From a virus (taxonomy: Duplodnaviria > Caudoviricetes), in IMG/VR virus record IMGVR_UViG_3300014208_000071, positions 1-42,362 of that record: a stretch of 42,362 bases of DNA; one strand, given 5' to 3'. The position numbers and the translations under genes are program-made. The notes below the pieces were generated by a model. That model had not been told where the DNA came from. It ran no database searches and saw only the letters and a list, made by a program, of their open reading frames with translations. The first letter of the stretch is position 1; every line of letters begins with the position of its first letter. This document shows positions 26,936 to 35,592 of the stretch, one piece after another.

Positions 26936-27427
26936 ATGAACTACGAAAACGACATGTACATTGACGAGCAGAGCCTGGACGTAGAATGGCTAAACCAACC
27001 CAGTTTAGTTATTCAATATGCTCGTATTTCCGCTCAAGCGGAGCTGGATATGGATCAGGCTAAAGAGAAACTGGATTTGGTAAAAGCTGAACTAGACAAT
27101 GAAATTCGTACCAATCCAGAGAAGTTTGAAATAGCAAAAATTACTGAAGCAGTAGTGACAAACACTATCCTTACCCAAAAGAAGTATAAAGTTGCTATGG
27201 AGGAGTTTTTACAGGCTAAGTTTGAAGCTAAAGTAGCTATTGGAGCTTCCAGGGCAGTAGATCATAGAAAATCTGCTTTGGAAAATCTAGTCAAACTCCA
27301 CGGACAACAGTACTTTGCAGGCCCAATGATTCCTAGAGATTTATCTCAGGAAAGAAAAAACAAAGAAGAAAAGGATAAAAAAGTAAGTGCTGGTATTGCT
27401 CAACGAATGAGAAGGAATAAAGAATGA
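26936..27427 (+). CDS. UvsY-like recombination mediator (helical)
   Basis: Coiled-coil pattern (D..ID...LD.E...QP, KITE..V, RK.ALE.L) and position before SSB and RecA. Confidence 0.55.
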   Translation: MNYENDMYIDEQSLDVEWLNQPSLVIQYARISAQAELDMDQAKEKLDLVKAELDNEIRTNPEKFEIAKITEAVVTNTILTQKKYKVAMEEFLQAKFEAKVAIGASRAVDHRKSALENLVKLHGQQYFAGPMIPRDLSQERKNKEEKDKKVSAGIAQRMRRNKE

Positions 27428-27561
27428 TCTGGTGGATTCTCCTAGCAATACTTTTGCTAGTTTTACTAATAGTTTATGGAATACCATTTATGGTATACTG
27501 GTTAAGTACCTTGCAGATGCAAGCTTGGTTAGATGTCTTTAACAAATATAATAAAAAATGA
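27424..27561 (+). CDS. 45-aa membrane peptide (not in ORF track)
   Basis: MIWWILLAILLLVLL...; ATGA overlaps at both ends. Confidence 0.6.
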   Translation: MIWWILLAILLLVLLIVYGIPFMVYWLSTLQMQAWLDVFNKYNKK

Positions 27562-28826
27562 AAAAAGAATCGAAGTTTAGAGGAAAAGTTGCTACAAATG
27601 CTCATAAGCAAAAAACAGCAGATTCCAGTTATGGTTATTTGAATTTGCAAAAGGGTTTAAATGTATTTAAGCCAGATCCAGGTGGACGTACTTGTCTTGA
27701 TATCATTCCTTATGTAGTTACCGATGAAAGACATCCTGATAGAGATGAAGAAGCAGGAATAGCTATGTCAGGTGATCTTTGGTATCGCAGACCTTTTAAG
27801 ATTCATAGGAATGTTGGAGTAAGTAAGGAAACCGTAGTTTGTCCGACTACCTTTGGAAAGAAATGCCCTATTTGCGAATATAGAAATGTATTGGTAAATA
27901 GAAAAGCGGATAAAGAAGAAACCAAAGCTTTGAAACCATCCAGTAGAAATTTGTATTGTGTAATTCCTATTGGACAGAAAGGGCTAGAAGAAGAAATAAT
28001 GATCTGGGACGTTAGCCAGTTTCTCTTCCAAGACCTGTTGAACGATGAACTTGAAGAAAATCGAGATAATGAAGTTTTTCCCGATTTAGAACAGGGATTG
28101 TCTTTGAAGATACGGTTTGACAGTAAGACTATGGGTAGTGGTGATCCTTTTGCCCAAGCCAGTAGAATTGACTTTGTAGATCGTAAAGAACAGTACACTG
28201 AAGAAATTCTTGATTCTGTTCCTAATCTGGATGAAATTTTACAACTGTTGTCTTACAAAGAAATTGAAGCTAAGTTTCAGGAATTAGAAGGCGAAGAAGT
28301 TTCAGAAGATGAGGTAGAAGAGGAACGCCCAAAGAAAATTATTAAAAGGGAACGTGAAGAAGAACCAAAGAAAACTACACGTAGAAGAGAACCAGAACCA
28401 GAGGAGGAAGAAGAAAAACCAAGACGGAAAATTGCAAAAGAAGAAGAGGAAGAAGAAGAAGAAGAAAAACCAACAAGGAAAAATTCCAAGCTGAAGTATT
28501 CTGAAGAGGATGGCGATATTCCTTGTCCTGCTTGTGACGGTACTGGAATGGATGCTAGAGGTAGGGAATGTCCGGTTTGCGAAGGATCAGGAATTAAGCC
28601 TGAAAGAAAACGGAAAGTAGTTGAAGAAGAGGAAGAAGAAGCTCCAAAGAAATTACCAAAAAAAGTAGTTGAAGAACCCAAAAGAAAACTAAAGCCTTCA
28701 TCTAATGATGTAGAGTGTCCTAAAGGTTTTGTTTTTGGAGAGGACTTTGATACTCGTAAAGTTTGTGACACGTGTTCACTGTATGACGATTGCGAAGAAG
28801 CCAATGTTAGTATGTCTAAAAAATAA
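27558..28826 (+). CDS. T4 gp32-like single-stranded DNA-binding protein with extended C-terminus
   Basis: H..V....VVCPTTFGKKCPICE zinc site, acidic linker, CxxCxGxG twice, terminal 4-Cys module. Confidence 0.78.
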   Translation: MKKESKFRGKVATNAHKQKTADSSYGYLNLQKGLNVFKPDPGGRTCLDIIPYVVTDERHPDRDEEAGIAMSGDLWYRRPFKIHRNVGVSKETVVCPTTFGKKCPICEYRNVLVNRKADKEETKALKPSSRNLYCVIPIGQKGLEEEIMIWDVSQFLFQDLLNDELEENRDNEVFPDLEQGLSLKIRFDSKTMGSGDPFAQASRIDFVDRKEQYTEEILDSVPNLDEILQLLSYKEIEAKFQELEGEEVSEDEVEEERPKKIIKREREEEPKKTTRRREPEPEEEEEKPRRKIAKEEEEEEEEEKPTRKNSKLKYSEEDGDIPCPACDGTGMDARGRECPVCEGSGIKPERKRKVVEEEEEEAPKKLPKKVVEEPKRKLKPSSNDVECPKGFVFGEDFDTRKVCDTCSLYDDCEEANVSMSKK

Positions 28827-28846
28827 TTAAAAGAGGGGGAAGAATG

Positions 28847-28960
28847 AGAGGGATGGTGAAATGGTAGACACGGAACGGAATAGTATTCCATGGGAAATAT
28901 AATCCCATTTATGTTCTGACTAGCGCAAGTCATGTAGGTTCGAACCCTACTCCCTCTCCA
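28847..28960 (+). tRNA. tRNA-Leu/Ser-class scaffold with the anticodon loop replaced by a 34-nt branched insert (non-decoding tRNA-like RNA)
   Basis: Acceptor AGAGGGA/TCCCTCT; D-arm GTG-AAATGGTAGA-CAC; stem GAACG/TGTTC; variable arm TGACT/AGTCA; T-arm GTAGG-TTCGAAC-CCTAC; ends in CCA. Confidence 0.75.
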
Positions 28961-28981
28961 AATATTTAATATTTATTTATC

Positions 28982-30103
28982 ATGGAAAGAATACGAAAGA
29001 CAGAAGAAAGTTTGACTTCTCAGGTTCAGAAAAGAGCCGATAAACCTTTACAAAATAAAAAAGAATATGATGGTAATTTTATAACCATTATTAGCACCGG
29101 TTCAACTTTGTTAGATTTAGCTATTTCAGGAAAAAGAGTGCATGGTGGCGGGATTCCTGGTGGAATAGTGGTTGAAGCTTCCGGCCCAAGTCAATCTGCA
29201 AAAACAGTTTTATTAGCAGAAACGGCCGGATATGTGCAACGTAAAGGTGGGGAAGCACAATTTCATGATCCAGAAGCCAGATTAGATCAAGAATTTACTG
29301 CTATATTTGGTATGCATATTCCAAAGAAAAACTACTATCAACCAGACACCGTTACAGAGGTTTTTAGTAAAGTTCAAAAATGGCTACCAAAAGAAACAGA
29401 AGGTGTTGTAAATGGTATTTTTGTAGATAGTTCAGCCGCGCTTTCCACTAATTTAGAAATGGATAATGAAGATGGAGATAAGATGGGAGGACGTAGAGGA
29501 AAAGAATTTTCAGAACAACTTAGAAAAACCTGTAGGATTATCAAACAAAAAAACTATTTAATGTTTTTTAGTAATCAAATTAGAGATAGTTTTGCATCCT
29601 ATGGGCCTAAGACAACAACTCCTGGTGGACATGCTTTTGAATTTTATTCAAGCGTGCGTTTAAGGCATGGTTCCCCTGAGAAAATTTACAAAATTGTTAA
29701 AGTTGCTGGAAAAGAGGTAAAGAAAATCATTGGAATAAAAGTAGAAATTGAGGTAACAAAAACAGTAGATGAACCCTATCGAAAAGCGGATATTTATGTT
29801 ATTTACGGGTACGGAATTGATGACGTAAGGGCAAATCTTCAATTTATTAAAGACTTTACAAGACCTATAAAAATAGAAGAACCAAATACTAAGAAAAAAG
29901 TATTAAATGCTAAAGGAGAAGTTAAAGAAAAAAGCAACTCGATGTACAGTTGCTGTGGAATACCCTTAGCCGTTAGTATGGACGAAGCTATACGTAAAGT
30001 GGAATCCCAAGGATTAGTAAATGATTTAAAGGAAGAAACCATCACACTTTGGGAAACCATTGAATCTAAATTTGAAACAGAACGTCAACCTAAACAACGA
30101 TGA
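28982..30103 (+). CDS. recA: RecA/UvsX-like recombinase
   Basis: ISTGSTLLDLA, GGIPGG, GPSQSAKT, DPEARLD, VDS, NQIR and TTPGGHAFEFYSSVRL motifs. Confidence 0.92.
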   Translation: MERIRKTEESLTSQVQKRADKPLQNKKEYDGNFITIISTGSTLLDLAISGKRVHGGGIPGGIVVEASGPSQSAKTVLLAETAGYVQRKGGEAQFHDPEARLDQEFTAIFGMHIPKKNYYQPDTVTEVFSKVQKWLPKETEGVVNGIFVDSSAALSTNLEMDNEDGDKMGGRRGKEFSEQLRKTCRIIKQKNYLMFFSNQIRDSFASYGPKTTTPGGHAFEFYSSVRLRHGSPEKIYKIVKVAGKEVKKIIGIKVEIEVTKTVDEPYRKADIYVIYGYGIDDVRANLQFIKDFTRPIKIEEPNTKKKVLNAKGEVKEKSNSMYSCCGIPLAVSMDEAIRKVESQGLVNDLKEETITLWETIESKFETERQPKQR

Positions 30104-30321
30104 GTGCTTTTATTATAAATGAATGTATAATAGTGTCAAGAGACACTGAGCCAAAATGTGTAGGGGAAATACCTGTTGTTCCTATATATGAGACACTGAG
30201 TATCTCATTACATTTCGTAGGTACAGGAGATACTCGAAACATAAGCAATAACCTCGTTTTAGATATTATTATGCAACGATTAGAAAGGATTGAAAATGCA
30301 TTGGTATATAAAGCCGAATAA
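30100..30321 (+). CDS. hypothetical protein
   Basis: ATGA overlap. Confidence 0.55.
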   Translation: MSAFIINECIIVSRDTEPKCVGEIPVVPIYETLSISLHFVGTGDTRNISNNLVLDIIMQRLERIENALVYKAE

Positions 30322-30520
30322 GACATCTCCAACTCACGATGATGAGGGGCATCTATTTTTTTCAATTTCAATTCGTAAAGCATATATCTGGTGGATATAT
30401 CTAAAACTATTCTTCACTTATTTTATACCTCGGTTATTCAAAAAATTATTTAAAAGAGAACCCACTCTTTCTAATGGAAAAGAAGTAGCTTTTTACAAAA
30501 AGAATGATGAGGGAGAATAG
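30290..30520 (+). CDS. hypothetical protein
   Basis: Packed ORF. Confidence 0.5.
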   Translation: MKMHWYIKPNKTSPTHDDEGHLFFSISIRKAYIWWIYLKLFFTYFIPRLFKKLFKREPTLSNGKEVAFYKKNDEGE

Positions 30521-30554
30521 GTAAAAATAACCAATAACGAATTACCAACCAAAG

Positions 30555-30800
30555 ATGATACGAGCAGATAAATCAAAGAGAATTTCTTTAGATCAAGATA
30601 AATTAACTCAATTAGAGGAATATGAAATCCCAGTATTTATTCTATCTGCAGATGACTTTCATTCCATAGAAGCTTTACGTCAATATCTGCACCGTTGTAC
30701 TGTTCTTGGTTTTTCAGAAGAATATATAGACTACGTGAAAGATAAATTGAAGAAGTTTGAAAAATGGCAATCTAAATTTTTAGCAAAAGTAAAACAATGA
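30555..30800 (+). CDS. hypothetical phage protein (PVF.L.A.D motif)
   Basis: Packed ORF with a recurring phage motif. Confidence 0.65.
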   Translation: MIRADKSKRISLDQDKLTQLEEYEIPVFILSADDFHSIEALRQYLHRCTVLGFSEEYIDYVKDKLKKFEKWQSKFLAKVKQ

Positions 30801-31297
30801 TACGAAAACAAATTCAAGTTCAAAAAACCTATATGGGAATAGACAATGGAGTAACCGGAGCTGTAACCATTCTATCTGAAAATCATACAATTTTACTACA
30901 TATCAAAACCCCGATAAAGAATTGTCTAAATTATACCAAGAAAAAAGCTTTTGTAAATAGAGTAGACTTTCAAAAATTGAAATCCACTTTAGCTTTAGCG
31001 GGGCCAGATACGTTTTGTATGATTGAACGGCCAATGGTAAATCCTACTCGATTTACAGCATCTATATCGGCTTTGAGATGTTTGGAAGCTACAGAAATAT
31101 TGTTAGAGGAGTTACAAATACCTTACCAATTCCTGGATAGTAAAGAATGGCAAAAAGCTTTACTTCCTTCAGGACTAGTAAAAGATGAATTGAAGAAAGC
31201 CGCAGATAGCGTTGCCCATAGACTTTTTCCAAAACAAAAGGTCGTAAATGCGGATTCTATTTTAATAGCTGAATATTGTTTAAATAAGAAAAAATAA
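30797..31297 (+). CDS. RuvC-like Holliday junction resolvase
   Basis: MGIDNGVTGA, IERP, SKEWQK and ADSILIAEY motifs. Confidence 0.85.
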   Translation: MIRKQIQVQKTYMGIDNGVTGAVTILSENHTILLHIKTPIKNCLNYTKKKAFVNRVDFQKLKSTLALAGPDTFCMIERPMVNPTRFTASISALRCLEATEILLEELQIPYQFLDSKEWQKALLPSGLVKDELKKAADSVAHRLFPKQKVVNADSILIAEYCLNKKK

Positions 31298-31300
31298 ATT

Positions 31301-31546
31301 ATGGCAGCAGTATCTTATTTTTCAATAGGCAAACAAGTATCGGAAGTTTTAGGATTAGACCCAAAAAAAGTAAGAGATGTTACTATTTCTATTTTTCCTA
31401 ATGAAGCCGTGATGGTAACTACTCATCAGTATTTACAAGATACCGAAGCAGACAAATTACTTTTAGTATTAAAACAATATGAATTACTAGAAAAAAATGA
31501 TACAGAATCTAATGATAAACAACTTCCAAAGCCACAAGCGCTCTGA
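31301..31546 (+). CDS. hypothetical protein
   Basis: Packed ORF. Confidence 0.6.
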   Translation: MAAVSYFSIGKQVSEVLGLDPKKVRDVTISIFPNEAVMVTTHQYLQDTEADKLLLVLKQYELLEKNDTESNDKQLPKPQAL

Positions 31547-32546
31547 ACTAGAATTTGATCCTGGACTGAACATTATAGTAGGGAAATCAGATTCAGGTAA
31601 AACCGCTATTTTAAGAGCTTTGCGATGGTTGATTTGGAATAGACCTGGCGGGGATGCTTTCCGATCCACCTGGGGTGGAGAAACCCTAGTTTCAGTAGAA
31701 ACTAAAGAAGGTAATGTTATATCCAGAAGCAAAGATGGGGTAAACAATCTTTATCAATTAAACGATTTAGTATTTGCTGCTTTTGGAACTACTATTCCTG
31801 ACGAAGTTCTATCTGCTTTGAACATGGGGGATATAAATTTACAAAACCAGTTTGATCAACCCTTTCTTTTAACCTCCACCCCAGGGGAAATAGCGGCTCA
31901 TTTCAACAAATTAGCCCACATAGATCAGATAGATGTTGGAACCAAGAAAGTTAAGTCTTGGATAGTCCAAATAGAATCCGATATCAAAGCAGAAGAAAAA
32001 ACTATCGAAAAGACAAAAGAGGATTTAATCCAATACGAAAATCTTGAAAAGATAGAAGCCCGAATAGAAGTTTTGGAAGAATCCGAAAAGCAAATGGTTC
32101 AGATAGCTAGTTCCAAAAGTAAATTGATAAAACTATCTGGTGAAATTCTAACTTTAGAATCCGAAATTCAAGAGGCTTCCGATATTCTAAAAATTGAAGA
32201 TTTAGTGAATTCGATCCTATCCACTTTAGAGGCTAAATCAACAATCGAAAAGGATAAACAGAGCCTATTACAATTAAAGGACGATATTGTTAAAATTACA
32301 CATCAAATTGACGTATTAGAGGGATTAACGGTTCTAGAAACTCCGGTAAAGGATTTATTGAGTTTATTTACAGTAAAGGATCTAAAAAAGAAGGAAAAAA
32401 TAGATTTGGAAGATTTAATACTTCAAATAGATCGAGATGAAAAAAGTATTAGATTGAAAGAAAGTCATTTGAAAATGATGCTGATTACTTTTGAAGATGA
32501 AATAGGGGATGTTTGTCCTCTTTGCAATCAACCTATTAAAAAATAA
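31497..32546 (+). CDS. SbcC/Rad50/gp46 ATPase, N-terminal half ending in a zinc hook
   Basis: NNFQSH, GKSDSGKT, Q-loop QNQFD, coiled coil, terminal CPLC. Confidence 0.88.
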   Translation: MIQNLMINNFQSHKRSELEFDPGLNIIVGKSDSGKTAILRALRWLIWNRPGGDAFRSTWGGETLVSVETKEGNVISRSKDGVNNLYQLNDLVFAAFGTTIPDEVLSALNMGDINLQNQFDQPFLLTSTPGEIAAHFNKLAHIDQIDVGTKKVKSWIVQIESDIKAEEKTIEKTKEDLIQYENLEKIEARIEVLEESEKQMVQIASSKSKLIKLSGEILTLESEIQEASDILKIEDLVNSILSTLEAKSTIEKDKQSLLQLKDDIVKITHQIDVLEGLTVLETPVKDLLSLFTVKDLKKKEKIDLEDLILQIDRDEKSIRLKESHLKMMLITFEDEIGDVCPLCNQPIKK

Positions 32547-32549
32547 ATC

Positions 32550-33392
32550 ATGAGAAAAGAAAGTGTAGCATGGATGCACATGGACGGCGATCTGCCAACG
32601 GAAGCAGACGAAAACCGTTATGGTATGGTTATGGTTACCGGACCAGATCGAATAGATAGCTTTTTTATAGATCGAAAAATAGCAATAAAACATCCGAAAA
32701 CCTGGCCATATTGGCATAGGGCATATACCACTAATATTTTAGAATTGATTGAAGCGGAAGCCAATGCAATAAAAAATATCCCCATTGAGGAAAAGGATTA
32801 TGAAAAAGCAATCGACTTAATCAATAAAAGAACTTGGCGGGGCAAATTGGTTACTACTGGAATTGGCAAAGCCGGACAAGTTGCTCACAATCTTGCTACT
32901 ACTTTTTGCTCTACTGGCACTCCAGCGGTATTCTTACATCCAACAGAAGCAATGCACGGTGATTTAGGAATACTCACAGGCCATGATGTTTTATTGATGA
33001 TTTCTAATTCTGGTGAAACCCAGGAACTGATAGATTTAATGAAACTAATAAAAGAGTTTCAACCTACTGTACCCATGATACTTATTACAAGTAAAAATTC
33101 TGCTCCTTTAATTGGTTATGCTACTATAGTTTTAAATACCGGCAATCCACCAGAAGTCTGTCCTTTGGGATTAACCCCAACTACAAGCACTACTGTAATG
33201 ACTGTGATTGGTGATATATTAGTTACAATGATGATGGAATCAATCTGTTTCCGTGCAAAAGATTATTATGCTAGACATCACGGTGGTTATCTAGGTAAAA
33301 AAGCAAAAAGTGATTGGGATAAATATATTAATTGGAATCCTAGAAACGATGCTAATGCGGAGGAAGTAATAGATGGAACGGATACGAAATAG
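32550..33392 (+). CDS. kdsD: SIS-domain D-arabinose-5-phosphate isomerase (KdsD/GutQ family, no CBS domains)
   Basis: GIGKAG, FCSTGTPAVFLHPTEAMHGDLG, ISNSGET, EVCPLGLTPTTST and HHGGYLG motifs. Confidence 0.88.
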   Translation: MRKESVAWMHMDGDLPTEADENRYGMVMVTGPDRIDSFFIDRKIAIKHPKTWPYWHRAYTTNILELIEAEANAIKNIPIEEKDYEKAIDLINKRTWRGKLVTTGIGKAGQVAHNLATTFCSTGTPAVFLHPTEAMHGDLGILTGHDVLLMISNSGETQELIDLMKLIKEFQPTVPMILITSKNSAPLIGYATIVLNTGNPPEVCPLGLTPTTSTTVMTVIGDILVTMMMESICFRAKDYYARHHGGYLGKKAKSDWDKYINWNPRNDANAEEVIDGTDTK

Positions 33393-34260
33393 ACCTGACG
33401 CTATTCTATCAGGTGACTGGCATTTGAGAGAAGAAACTCCAATTTGTCGTACAGATAACTTCTGGGAAACTCAATGGAAGAAAGTAGATTTTATTTCGGC
33501 TTTACAAGAAAAGTATGATTGTCCTGTGCTCCATTCTGGAGACCTATTTAATTCATGGAAGCCTTCGCCATATTTACTTGCTGCTACCATAGAACATTTA
33601 CCAAAACAATTTTTTACTGTTTTTGGAAATCACGACTTACCTCAACACAATCTTGAATTAGCTAATAAATGTGGAATTAATGTTTTGGAAAAAGCGGGTT
33701 GTTTAAGTGTTTTGGAAGGAGTACATTGGGGTCAAATTCCTACCGAACACGGAACCAATTCAAATTATTCAGATATTCTAACTTCTAGAAGAATTCTAGT
33801 TTGGCATGTAATGACCTATACAGGCAAAATTCCTTGGCCTGATTGTCCTGATCCAAAAGCAGAATCTTTATTGAGAAAATATTTTTTATTCGATCTTATT
33901 CTCACAGGACATAACCATCAGTCTTTTGTAGCTAAACATGAAGGTAGAATTTTAGTAAACCCAGGAGGAATAACCCGTCAAACCGCAGATCAATTCGACC
34001 ATCAACCCTGTGTATATCTTTGGTTTGCCGATACAAATACCGTTACTCCAGTTTATCTGCCTATTCAAGATGGAGTAGTAATCCAGGATCATTTATTGCG
34101 GAAGCAAGAAAGGGATAACCGATTAGAAGCATTTGTAAGTAGATTAAATAATGAATGGGAAGGAGCCGTAAGTTTTGAAGAAAATGTAGAAAGAATGTTA
34201 GTTGAAAATCAAATTCGAGAATCTGTAAAACAAATAGTTTATAAAGCAATCGAAACTTAA
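33373..34260 (+). CDS. SbcD/Mre11/gp47-like metallophosphoesterase nuclease
   Basis: GDWH, GDLF, GNHD, GHNH and NPG motifs. Confidence 0.9.
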   Translation: MERIRNRPDAILSGDWHLREETPICRTDNFWETQWKKVDFISALQEKYDCPVLHSGDLFNSWKPSPYLLAATIEHLPKQFFTVFGNHDLPQHNLELANKCGINVLEKAGCLSVLEGVHWGQIPTEHGTNSNYSDILTSRRILVWHVMTYTGKIPWPDCPDPKAESLLRKYFLFDLILTGHNHQSFVAKHEGRILVNPGGITRQTADQFDHQPCVYLWFADTNTVTPVYLPIQDGVVIQDHLLRKQERDNRLEAFVSRLNNEWEGAVSFEENVERMLVENQIRESVKQIVYKAIET

Positions 34261-34265
34261 AACCT

Positions 34266-34493
34266 ATGAGAATCCTAGATTTTAATGAAGGGGATAAAGT
34301 GCAAATAACTCGCACCAAACTTCGTGGCACTATCATTTGTATCGGGGGTAAAAAAGCAAAAGTAAAATTAGAATGTAGTGAAATTACAATTGAAATTTGT
34401 AGATTGCGACACGTAGCATCTATTGGAGTGAGAAAGGAAAAAGAAATAAGACAAACTATTCAAAGAGTACGAAAAATGATCCGTAAAACCTAA
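34266..34493 (+). CDS. small basic KOW/SH3-like protein
   Basis: F.EGDKV.I......GTI pattern. Confidence 0.55.
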   Translation: MRILDFNEGDKVQITRTKLRGTIICIGGKKAKVKLECSEITIEICRLRHVASIGVRKEKEIRQTIQRVRKMIRKT

Positions 34494-34498
34494 ACAAC

Positions 34499-34780
34499 AT
34501 GATACGAAAAACAAATGAAACCGTTTCTATTAGAAAGAGAATCTGTCATAATATTCAAGCATACAACAAATATGCTACGGATGAATACTTATGTACCTTG
34601 TTTCCAATATCTTTATTAAGATTGTCCCATCCTTTAGATCGACCTAGTTTTGCCTTTCAATGTCAAAAATTAGGATTAATCACTATGGATGAATTTAAAG
34701 AAGTAACCAAAATTAATTTAAGCGAAAATGAAATCAAAAAAAGATTTGCTGGATTTGAAAGATCAAATAGAAGAGGCTAA
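34499..34780 (+). CDS. hypothetical protein
   Basis: Packed ORF. Confidence 0.55.
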   Translation: MIRKTNETVSIRKRICHNIQAYNKYATDEYLCTLFPISLLRLSHPLDRPSFAFQCQKLGLITMDEFKEVTKINLSENEIKKRFAGFERSNRRG

Positions 34781-34973
34781 AGCCGAAGTCAACAAGAAAA
34801 AAGGTAATTTAGACTATTTGATGAAATCCCTTAAAGAGCAATGGAAATGTAAAACCATTGCAGAAGCTGAAAAAACGATAAAAGAGTTTGATAAACAAAT
34901 AGAGAATTTACAAGAACAAATAGATACTGGTATTTCCGAATTGGAGGAGAAATATGAATTTACAAACTCTTAG
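34728..34973 (+). CDS. small coiled-coil protein (possible SbcC accessory)
   Basis: Heptad pattern throughout; directly upstream of the SbcC C-half. Confidence 0.7.
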   Translation: MKSKKDLLDLKDQIEEAKAEVNKKKGNLDYLMKSLKEQWKCKTIAEAEKTIKEFDKQIENLQEQIDTGISELEEKYEFTNS

Positions 34974-35592
34974 AAGTTCTTTAGACAAACGTAAAGGACA
35001 AAAACAACAATTAGAAAAGACTTTGAAAGAGGCCAAAGAATCCCTAGTGATAAATTCACGGAATCTTAGACGTCACGAACAAGCTAGAGAATTGATACGG
35101 GAAGCGGGTTTGAAAACCCAACAAACCCTTAGTTACCACATTTCAGAAATCACTAGTTTAGCCCTGGAAGCTATTTTTGAAAATCCTTATACCCTAGAAG
35201 TAAACTTCATTCAAAGAAGAAATAAAACTGAATGTGATTTATTCTTCTCTAGGGATGGAAATCAAATAGACCCGATGGATGCTAGTGGAGGAGGAGCCGT
35301 GGATGTAGCTGCTTTTGCTTTGAGAACGGCTAGTTGGAGTATGAAAAGACCTCACTACCGAAATACAATCATTTTAGACGAACCTTTCAAAAACCTTAGT
35401 AAAGATTATCAAGAAAAAGGTTCTACTATGCTGAAAGAAGTTTCCAAAAGATTGGGAATACAATTTATTGTGGTCACTCATGAAGAATGTCTAGCTTCAT
35501 TTGCGGATCGAACCTTTGAAGTGAAAATAGGTAGAAAAGGAATTTCAAGAGTAACCATAATTGAAAAAGATGAAACAGGATACAGCAGTTAA
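34954..35592 (+). CDS. SbcC/Rad50 ATPase, C-terminal half
   Basis: Signature ASGG, Walker B ILDEPF, H-loop VVTH. Confidence 0.88.
   Translation: MNLQTLRSSLDKRKGQKQQLEKTLKEAKESLVINSRNLRRHEQARELIREAGLKTQQTLSYHISEITSLALEAIFENPYTLEVNFIQRRNKTECDLFFSRDGNQIDPMDASGGGAVDVAAFALRTASWSMKRPHYRNTIILDEPFKNLSKDYQEKGSTMLKEVSKRLGIQFIVVTHEECLASFADRTFEVKIGRKGISRVTIIEKDETGYSS

Noticed and set aside
28846-28960. tRNA-Sec, tRNA-His or amber suppressor
   Set aside because: The extra G:C pair mimics 8/5 or G-1 geometry, but no UCA, GUG or CUA anticodon loop can be placed and the D-arm is Leu-type.
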